NCBI RefSeq assembly: GCF_007126775.1
Contig: NZ_SLAP01000103.1
Location: 7,322 to 71,321 of the forward strand
Direction: 5' to 3'
Length of the DNA stretch: 64,000 nt
From: Cecembia sp.
Lineage (GTDB): Bacteria; Bacteroidota; Bacteroidia; Cytophagales; Cyclobacteriaceae
Shown: positions 41,132-48,523 of the stretch, in pieces
Position numbering within the stretch: position 1 is the stretch's first letter
Layout of the letters: each line of letters starts with the position of its first letter
Notes under the pieces: generated by a model
What the model saw: the letters and a program-made list of their open reading frames with translations, nothing else
The model's database searches: none
What the model was told of the DNA's origin: nothing
Position numbers and translations under genes: made by a program

Positions 41132-41535
41132 GAACTTAATTTCACAATAAGGTCAAACTGATTTTTTTCAATGGGCATAACAGACAATCTTGACTGCTTG
41201 ATCAGAGGCATACTGTTTAAGATATCATTGGTTTTGATCTGTTCCAGATTGACAGGTTTTTTCAATGTTTTACCAGCGGTTATTTTAACTGCTACCCAGC
41301 CTTTATTTTCCGTATCCTTGGAATCAGGAAAGGCTTCTTCTGAAACTTCAGCTACTCCTACAATCTCCTTTGTTTTTCCACTGTGGTAAAACAATACCTG
41401 GTCCCCCAATTTCATGGCTTTAAGGAAGTTTCTGGCTTGGTAATTCCTGATGCCGTCCCAAACATCCTCCCTGTTTTTTTGAAGATCCTCCCATCCGTAT
41501 TCATTTGGTTCAGATTTCACCAACCAATATTGCAT
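41128..41535 (-). CDS. EVE (PUA-like) domain protein
   Basis: MQYWLVKSEPNEYGWEDL...VLFYHSG...IVGVAEV is the typical standalone EVE/THYN1-like pattern. Its stop overlaps the next ATG (ATGA). Confidence 0.75.
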   Translation of the reverse strand: MQYWLVKSEPNEYGWEDLQKNREDVWDGIRNYQARNFLKAMKLGDQVLFYHSGKTKEIVGVAEVSEEAFPDSKDTENKGWVAVKITAGKTLKKPVNLEQIKTNDILNSMPLIKQSRLSVMPIEKNQFDLIVKLSS

Positions 41536-41639
41536 GTTTTTTTAAATTTGGTTCTATGCCATAAGATACTTTTTAAGATTTTATTTTAAAACAATTATTG
41601 ATGACATTTGTCCTAATCAATAATCAATAGCCAGAAATT

Positions 41640-43352
41640 TTGGACCAAAAAAGTATTTTACGCCAACTCAAGCTTATCATCAAATTGATGGAGCTACACG
41701 ATGAAAATTCATTCAAGATCAGAAGTTATCAGTCTGCTATCAATACCATAGACAGGGGGGATGTTTCAATTGAAGGAAAAAGCATGGAAGAATTGCAGGC
41801 TGTCAATGGTATTGGGAAAAGTATTGCAGAAGTCATTTTTTCAATAGGCAATACAGGGACTCATTCCTATTTGGAAGAGCTACTGGAAAAAACACCTACG
41901 GGCATCCTGGAAATATTGGAGATAAAGGGATTGGGTCCCAAGAAAGTAAAAGTGCTATGGGAGGAGTTGGATATTACTTCTACGCATGAATTATTGGAAG
42001 CATGCCAAGCCGGTCAAGTGGCTAAAATCAAAGGGTTTGGTGAAAAAACTCAGGAAAGTATCATTCAGGCCCTAGAATTCAGGGCTTCCAATATGGGCAA
42101 ATGGCTCTATGCGGACATAGAAGATGCCATGGATAAATTGGCTAAACAATTTTCGACCCTGAAAGGGATTGAAAAAACAGTTCCCGTCGGAGATTTTGCA
42201 AGGAAAATGGAAATTATTTCTACAGTAGAGTGGTTACTGACAAGTACTGACCTTAAGACTGCCATGAAGGGCATCAATGGACTCAAAGTGCTTGAAAAGG
42301 ATGAAAGGAAATCAAGCCCATTTAAGTGGAGAGGCAAATTATTGGATCCCGAAGTACAACTGCTTATCCATTTTTCAAAACCAGAAAATTTTATTGAGGA
42401 AAAAGTACTCAGAACGGGCAATAAAGCTCATTTACTATATCCACTGGAAGAAAATAGAACCTTGGTAGAAGTATTGAAAAAAGATGGGCCTTTCAATTCT
42501 GAAGCCGAACTTTATACCCACCTTGGTATGCATTTCATTCCAGAAGAGCTAAGGGAAGGTTTCATCGAGTTTGACCTGGTAAAGGGAAATAAAGTCCAGC
42601 ATTTGCTCAAAGAAGAGGATTTAAAGGGAATTCTTCATAATCATTCCACTTACAGCGACGGCAAGCATAGTCTCAAGAAGATGGCAGAAGCTTGTAGGGA
42701 CCTGGGTTTTGAATATTTGGGCATTTCCGACCATAGCAGGACGGCGTCTTATGCTGGAGGTTTGGAAATAGAAAAAGTGCAAAAACAATGGGAGGAAATT
42801 GATGCGTTGAATGAAGTAATGGCCCCATTTAAGATCTTCAAGGGTATTGAAAGTGATATCCTGACAGATGGGAATTTAGATTATCCAGAAGATATTTTAG
42901 GAGGTTTTGATTTTGTTGTATCCTCAGTACATTCCAGTTTGGGAATGGACAGGAAAAGGGCCACTGCAAGGTTGTTGAAAGCCATTGAGAACCCATTTAC
43001 TACCATATTGGGTCATCCTACGGGAAGGTTATTATTGAGACGGGAAGGATATCCTTTGGATCATAAGGCCATAATTGATGCCTGTGCCAAATACGGGGTA
43101 GTAATTGAAATCAATGCTAATCCATGGCGGCTTGATTTGGACTGGCGGTGGGTCAATTATGCCATGGAGAAAGGCGTGATGCTGTCTATCAATCCGGATG
43201 CTCACGAAGTAGATGGATATAGAGATATGAAATATGGGGTGATTGTAGGAAGAAAGGGGGGATTGACCATGGACATGACCCTTAATGCAATGTCTAAGGA
43301 AGAGATCGAGCGCTATTTTGCAAAAAGAAAACAAAACATCAAGAAGAAATGA
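41640..43352 (+). CDS. polX: family X DNA polymerase with C-terminal PHP domain (PolX)
   Basis: N-terminal HhH-type region (ENSFKIRSYQSA, GIGKSIAE, GLGPKK) and PHP motifs (HNHSTYSDG, GISDHS, NPDAH). TTG start proposed. Confidence 0.8.
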   Translation: MDQKSILRQLKLIIKLMELHDENSFKIRSYQSAINTIDRGDVSIEGKSMEELQAVNGIGKSIAEVIFSIGNTGTHSYLEELLEKTPTGILEILEIKGLGPKKVKVLWEELDITSTHELLEACQAGQVAKIKGFGEKTQESIIQALEFRASNMGKWLYADIEDAMDKLAKQFSTLKGIEKTVPVGDFARKMEIISTVEWLLTSTDLKTAMKGINGLKVLEKDERKSSPFKWRGKLLDPEVQLLIHFSKPENFIEEKVLRTGNKAHLLYPLEENRTLVEVLKKDGPFNSEAELYTHLGMHFIPEELREGFIEFDLVKGNKVQHLLKEEDLKGILHNHSTYSDGKHSLKKMAEACRDLGFEYLGISDHSRTASYAGGLEIEKVQKQWEEIDALNEVMAPFKIFKGIESDILTDGNLDYPEDILGGFDFVVSSVHSSLGMDRKRATARLLKAIENPFTTILGHPTGRLLLRREGYPLDHKAIIDACAKYGVVIEINANPWRLDLDWRWVNYAMEKGVMLSINPDAHEVDGYRDMKYGVIVGRKGGLTMDMTLNAMSKEEIERYFAKRKQNIKKK

Positions 43353-43639
43353 GCAGTTGGATGGATAAAGCCCCTGAAATGTTGCTCAAACGCTCATTTC
43401 TATTTGGTTTGATAGGAATAATCATTTGCCTCATCCCTTTGGTGAATACTAATTTTCAATTTTTACAGGTACCTCATGGGCCTATCAATGGGATTGGAAT
43501 AGCCTTACAGTTTTTTGCCCTGAGTATTGCGGTATTGGTATTGAGGAGAAGAAAATTAGAGGAGAAATTAAAGGATAAAGCCAAAAAGATGGTTTTGGTT
43601 TTGGGAGTGGCTTTGATTTACTTCTTTATGGTGATTTGA
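43349..43639 (+). CDS. small membrane protein (hypothetical)
   Basis: 96 aa with three hydrophobic helices. ATGA overlap with the polX stop. Confidence 0.45.
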   Translation: MSSWMDKAPEMLLKRSFLFGLIGIIICLIPLVNTNFQFLQVPHGPINGIGIALQFFALSIAVLVLRRRKLEEKLKDKAKKMVLVLGVALIYFFMVI

Positions 43640-43993
43640 TGATTGGGGTACAGCGGTTCCAGAAGGTAATCCTAGGTTGAATCTAGGAGACATGTATTTA
43701 GAGCCGCTATTACAGATGATGATTTGAAGTAGAACAGTTACTTTTCAACATAAAAAACAAAAAAATCACTCGAATGGGTGAGGGATAACCTTATTTTTTA
43801 AAGCAATTTTGGAAAACAAATACCGGTATTTTTACATGTAGGCCTCATGTGATTTTCTGAAATCCGTTGAGTGAAATAATAGGATTTTATTTGATTTCCA
43901 TAAAGCTATCTTGGCTTTTTGGTGAGGTACCACATGCATAGTGGTTCATGAATTGATATTTTGAGTTAAACCTAATTAAAATTTGAGCTTATC

Positions 43994-44653
43994 ATGAAAA
44001 CGACAAAAATAAAAATAGGAGGTCTTTTAGTATTACTGGGTCTTATGATGACTGCTTGTATGGAAGATAGCATGCAGGAGCAAACCAGCATACCGGAAAT
44101 GGAAGAGGAATTGGCTATGGATCAATTTGATCTTTTTGAAGATGAAATCGGACAGTTTCTACGGATGAATCCTTCTGATCAAAATAGACTGCTTGCCTCG
44201 GTGAGAAGTGCAACCGCTAAATATCATCAAATAGACCTGGCTTTGGGAGATGGGTATTTTATTGACCATTGCGTAGAGCACCCTGAGTTAGGAGGAATGG
44301 GTCACCATGTGATAAAAATGGAAAACATCGGACCATTTGTCAACCCTACTTCTCCTGGCGTATTGCTTTACGAACCAGGAAAGAATGGTCAGATGAAGTT
44401 AATCGGTGTAGAGTATCTGGTACCTGCGGTACCTTGGGATGCAGGCAATGATGGGCCTCCCATGTTTGGAAATATACCTTTTGATGATCACAGGGAAATG
44501 ACCATTAATGAGGATGGAGACCCTGTCAATGCCAAAGGTGGTCCTCCATTTCCCCATTACCAATTACATGTTTGGATTTGGAAAAACAATCCTGCCGGTA
44601 TGTATTTCCCCTTTAATCCAAATGTAAGTTGCGCCTATGCCATGGGTCATTAA
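43994..44653 (+). CDS. hypothetical lipoprotein
   Basis: 219 aa with lipobox LMMTAC. No family recognised. Confidence 0.5.
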   Translation: MKTTKIKIGGLLVLLGLMMTACMEDSMQEQTSIPEMEEELAMDQFDLFEDEIGQFLRMNPSDQNRLLASVRSATAKYHQIDLALGDGYFIDHCVEHPELGGMGHHVIKMENIGPFVNPTSPGVLLYEPGKNGQMKLIGVEYLVPAVPWDAGNDGPPMFGNIPFDDHREMTINEDGDPVNAKGGPPFPHYQLHVWIWKNNPAGMYFPFNPNVSCAYAMGH

Positions 44654-44708
44654 TCCAAATTGAACTTCACTTGATTTAGAGAAAAACAGTTGGGTTTTTC
44701 TCGACGGG

Positions 44709-44739
44709 GCCCCTTGGAAATAATTTCCGGGGGCTTTTT
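44709..44739 (+). terminator. intrinsic terminator
   Basis: Imperfect stem GCCCCTTGGAAA/TTTCCGGGGGC with loop TAA, followed by T5. Confidence 0.7.
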
Positions 44740-44756
44740 CATCCAAACGAAACCTA

Positions 44757-45662
44757 TTAGCTTTTTTGTTGGTTCGTATCGTTTTGTAAAAAAACAGAGG
44801 TAATAGGATAAACAATTCGTATTTCACTTTCTGTTCTGAAGCGACCAAGGACTGCTTCGGTTACCTGATGTTCATATACCCTTCTTTTTCGGGGATGGCA
44901 AAGGTAACGCAGCGAAAGCTGAATGCCCCTTTCGTGGATCTTGGCATATACTGTGGGTGTGTATTGGCCAAAATGGATAAAATGTTCTTTATGAGCCTTC
45001 ATCATGGCTCGTTCTATACTTTTGAACCCATCCTGCATCAATTCATTAAGAATATCTTTTAGGATCTTTTGGGCCTTTTTGTAGTCGGAGTCAAGACTTA
45101 TGTAAATATTCTGTTCATTCCATATATAATCGAAACCTTGACTGTAATTGGCCTGTGGATCTATAAAAACTTTTCCGTTAGGGACATGAATGATTCTACC
45201 AGTGCTTTGTTCTGCATCCACCCAATTTCCTACTTCCAATATGCTGAAATGCATCAATCTGAGGTCTACAACATCTCCCTTAAACTCTCCAATTTGAATT
45301 CTATCGCCGATATCAAAGGGTTTTTTGATATAGATCAACATCCAGCCTGCAAAATTCACGAAAATATCCTTCAGGGCAATGGCGATACCTGCAGACAAAA
45401 GGCCTAAAAAGGTGGTAATAGATTGGAAATTACTGATCCAGATATTGCCAACTAGCAGTAAGCCAATAATGGCCAATGTGTACTGTATGGTTTTGCGCCA
45501 ATGATAGACTCGCTTCATATCCTCATCGGTCCTAATGCCAATGATTTTATAAGCCCCTTTTTTGATCAGCCAAAGAACCAATAGAATAAGAACAGTCTTG
45601 TAAATATTCCACCTGACCTCATATTCTACGATATCGTTGAGATATTCTATCCAGTTTTCCAT
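44757..45662 (-). CDS. small-conductance mechanosensitive channel (MscS family)
   Basis: 301 aa. Pattern LKDIFVNFAGWMLIYIKKPFDIGDRIQIGEFKGDVVDL. Confidence 0.8.
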   Translation of the reverse strand: MENWIEYLNDIVEYEVRWNIYKTVLILLVLWLIKKGAYKIIGIRTDEDMKRVYHWRKTIQYTLAIIGLLLVGNIWISNFQSITTFLGLLSAGIAIALKDIFVNFAGWMLIYIKKPFDIGDRIQIGEFKGDVVDLRLMHFSILEVGNWVDAEQSTGRIIHVPNGKVFIDPQANYSQGFDYIWNEQNIYISLDSDYKKAQKILKDILNELMQDGFKSIERAMMKAHKEHFIHFGQYTPTVYAKIHERGIQLSLRYLCHPRKRRVYEHQVTEAVLGRFRTESEIRIVYPITSVFLQNDTNQQKS

Positions 45663-45730
45663 AGCCTACAGTAAAGCTATAAGGACTTTCTTGAATCACA
45701 AAAAAATAAAGCATGCATATGTAGAATCTA

Positions 45731-46360
45731 TTACCTGATTTTAAATCCTAGTCTATAATTTACCATCAAATAATAAGGCCAATAGTTGTCAAAGGAAGAC
45801 ATGCTGACCGCAATGGTATTTCTTCTATTGGGATTAGCTGTTTTCCAATCAAATGTTACTTGGGTCACATAGCCCAACCTTTTGAATCTTTCTGTTGCGT
45901 ACCCTGAAGGGTTAAAACTTCCAATTACGTCATTTACCCAAGCACCACTATAATATGTATGGCCTCCCAATTGGAATGAGGGACCTGCTGCCAGGCCTAA
46001 CCTAAAACCTTTATTGGTTCTGATGACGTCATATTGAAACCTCACATCTGTAAAAAGGCTTGAAGAAAATGATTGATCCTGAAAATCCGGATTCTCTGAG
46101 AAAAACTGTCTACTTTCAATATACCCAAGTGAAGAATAATAGGTGAGAGATGGGTTGATAGAAAACCTGTCCGTCATCCTAAAGGTCAGTTCATTCATTA
46201 TATTGATACCGAACATTCCGATGTCCCCATCTATCACAGGCCCTACACCTACCCTGTAAATCAACTCTTTCTTGTCTTCCTGGGCGAATGTGCTAATGGA
46301 AAAGGACATCATGGTAATAAGAGCTATGATATAGCACTTGTTTGAAACTAGATACTTCAT
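45731..46360 (-). CDS. outer membrane beta-barrel protein (hypothetical)
   Basis: 209 aa with a signal peptide, alternating strand pattern and terminal aromatic residues (YRLGFKIR). Confidence 0.5.
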   Translation of the reverse strand: MKYLVSNKCYIIALITMMSFSISTFAQEDKKELIYRVGVGPVIDGDIGMFGINIMNELTFRMTDRFSINPSLTYYSSLGYIESRQFFSENPDFQDQSFSSSLFTDVRFQYDVIRTNKGFRLGLAAGPSFQLGGHTYYSGAWVNDVIGSFNPSGYATERFKRLGYVTQVTFDWKTANPNRRNTIAVSMSSFDNYWPYYLMVNYRLGFKIR

Positions 46361-46419
46361 AATTCTTCATTTTGCGCGAAAATATAAAATCAAACTGAAA
46401 AAATCAGATTATCTAAAAT

Positions 46420-46445
46420 AAAAAAAAATCCGGATAGTTATCCAG
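46420..46445 (-). terminator. orphan intrinsic terminator in an ORF-free gap
   Basis: The minus strand reads CUGGAU-AACU-AUCCGG followed by A and U9. One stem position is G:U on the minus strand but C:A on the plus strand, which fixes the orientation. No minus-strand ORF of 60 aa or more lies upstream of it. Confidence 0.6.
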
Positions 46446-46913
46446 CCTGTGTATCTGAAGGACCTTACCGGGATTAACCTCCCTAAAAGAAGCATGAAGT
46501 GAAGCCCTTCTCTGGAGGTCCTATTTGGCTTCAAAAGCAGATAAAATACCACTCTATTCCTTCATGCAGTCTAGTTCTAAGTCTTTAATAGAGATCCTAA
46601 ATACATCTTTTTACACAATTTAATTTCCTTTTGCATATTCCTGCTGAAAGAATTCAGCCCATGATTCTAATTGATTTTAACTTTCCATTATGATCGAATA
46701 ATTACATATAATTTTTTGAATTGAATACTTGTTTGTCCTTCAAAAAACCATTCGCAACTTGTCTCTTTCTCTGTTAAATTGACCAAATAGGCCTATCAGC
46801 TTAGAAAAATACGTTCTTTATTAATATTTTCAGTAAATTTGAAACTCTATATTGAGCATCATGATCTTCCTAAAATTTTGCAAGGGTTTTAGGAACGTTT
46901 ACATTCAACTTAA

Positions 46914-47684
46914 ATGCCCAAATTATCTTCTGATGACAAGTTCTTGGATGTCTCCGACTATGGTAGACCTTTTGCAAGAACCTTTGTCAGCCGCATTCAA
47001 TACACAGACATCACACCTGTACAGGTTACCTTTCTTTTTGGAATCAGTGGACTGATTGCGGTATATTGTATTCTAAATGGTCTTTATCTAACTGCAGGTC
47101 TCTTTTTGATCATCAAATCCATCTTAGATGCAGCTGATGGGGAGCTCGCACGTGTCAAAAACCGGCCTTCCTATACAGGTAGATATTTAGACTCTATTTT
47201 TGATATTTTTCTCAATTTATTGGTTTTTGGTGCCGTATGGTATGTTACCGATACGTCCCTGCTATTGGCTGCACTCGCTTTTTTAAGCGTTCAATTACAG
47301 GGTACTCTCTACAACTATTATTATGTTATCCTCAGACATAATACGGAAGGGGGAGAGAAGACAAGTAAAATCATGGAAAATGAGCGTCCCAATGCCTTTC
47401 CTGTTGAAAGCCAGCGTACAGTGGATTTTTTGTATGATACCTACAATGTGCTCTACATAGCATTTGACAAATTGATTTATTACCTGGACCAAGATGCTTC
47501 AGATGCGCCTATCTTCCCCAAATGGTTCATGACATTGATCTCAATTTACGGACTGGGCTTTCAGTTATTGATCATTTCCTTCATGTTATCTACAGGTCTG
47601 ACAGGTTTTATAATCTATTTCTTTATTGGATATAATGTCTTTTTACTGATCTTCATAGGAATCAGAAAGGCTTTTCTCAGGTAA
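46914..47684 (+). CDS. CDP-alcohol phosphatidyltransferase family protein
   Basis: DGELAR...D...D motif (LDAADGELARVKNRPSYTGRYLDSIFDIF). Polytopic, 256 aa. Confidence 0.75.
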   Translation: MPKLSSDDKFLDVSDYGRPFARTFVSRIQYTDITPVQVTFLFGISGLIAVYCILNGLYLTAGLFLIIKSILDAADGELARVKNRPSYTGRYLDSIFDIFLNLLVFGAVWYVTDTSLLLAALAFLSVQLQGTLYNYYYVILRHNTEGGEKTSKIMENERPNAFPVESQRTVDFLYDTYNVLYIAFDKLIYYLDQDASDAPIFPKWFMTLISIYGLGFQLLIISFMLSTGLTGFIIYFFIGYNVFLLIFIGIRKAFLR

Positions 47685-47738
47685 TATTCACTCACTTTTT
47701 AAAATGATAGCGTTTTGAGAATCAAATCCCATTAGTTA

Positions 47739-48233
47739 TTACTTTGATAACTCCTCAAGCCTAACTTTAAAATCAGGAAAAGAAGGGTTTGACATCCCTA
47801 CAATCTTGTCATTTTTCACCAAGAAAGATATGAAGGTCAATTCTCTCTCTTTTAAATTTGATTTTCTAAACGCTTCCTCAGGATCGTGAATAACAGGATG
47901 CGTAAAACCAACTCTTTCTAAATGATCGATCAGTTTGGGTTTGTCTTTTTCCGATACATAGAATAAAAATGCAATGTTTGGGAATTCCTTCATTACAGAT
48001 TGCCAATCAAGATCAAGGGTTGAATATGGTCCTGCATTTTTGACAAATACAACTACCTTGAATTCATTTTTGTACCAATTATCATCGAATTTTGCTGAGT
48101 TTTCTTGATGAATAACTTCAAGGTTTTCTGGCAAATAGATTGTTTGTTTTTCTTGCTTTCTATCACTCTTACAACCAATTGTAATCGTCAAGAAAAATAA
48201 ATGAAATAATAAATAATAAGCAGTTCTGTACAT
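47739..48233 (-). CDS. hypothetical lipoprotein (possibly thioredoxin-fold)
   Basis: 164 aa with lipobox TIGC. No CxxC motif seen. Confidence 0.45.
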   Translation of the reverse strand: MYRTAYYLLFHLFFLTITIGCKSDRKQEKQTIYLPENLEVIHQENSAKFDDNWYKNEFKVVVFVKNAGPYSTLDLDWQSVMKEFPNIAFLFYVSEKDKPKLIDHLERVGFTHPVIHDPEEAFRKSNLKERELTFISFLVKNDKIVGMSNPSFPDFKVRLEELSK

Positions 48234-48411
48234 TTTCTTGTGCCATTTTTTGATTTTTATAAAAAATGAAATGGAGTAGTCATTTTCTTTGAATCCAAAA
48301 TAAACGATTTGAAATTATCCAGCAAGAACCATTTTTAACTCTTCGCCAATTTCTGACAACTTCCTTCACGGTCCTTGACTTTTAGACGAAAATATGTTTA
48401 AATTATAAACA

Positions 48412-48440
48412 CATAAATGTTAAATAAATTAACATTTATG
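48412..48440. promoter_or_regulatory. 29-bp near-perfect palindrome upstream of dnaE2 (candidate operator)
   Basis: CATAAATGTTAA-ATAAA-TTAACATTTATG has 12-nt perfect arms. A second 15-nt near-palindrome, GTTTAAATTATAAAC, lies at 48396-48410. The 3' end is 84 nt upstream of the ATG at 48524. Confidence 0.5.
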
Positions 48441-48523
48441 AATACATACCCCAATATCTTGGAGCATATATCATTTATTTATTTTGCCGACCGCAGGGAG
48501 GCATAGTTCAAAAGTACATTTCT

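Noticed and set aside
41594-41624. 9-bp inverted repeat ATTATTGAT/ATCAATAAT in the EVE/polX divergent region as an operator
   Set aside because: It is short and lies in an extremely AT-rich spacer, so it is plausible by chance. It is mentioned only as context in a finding.
48369-48390. GGTCCTTGACTTTTAGAC upstream of dnaE2, and GCAGTCTAGTTCTAAGTCTTTA at 46567-46588, as further copies of the fic-flanking repeat
   Set aside because: Only 5-9-nt words are shared (GGTCC, TGCAGTCTA, CTAAGTCTT). No consistent alignment could be built by eye, and matches this short are expected by chance in 64 kb. A computed alignment is needed before any claim.
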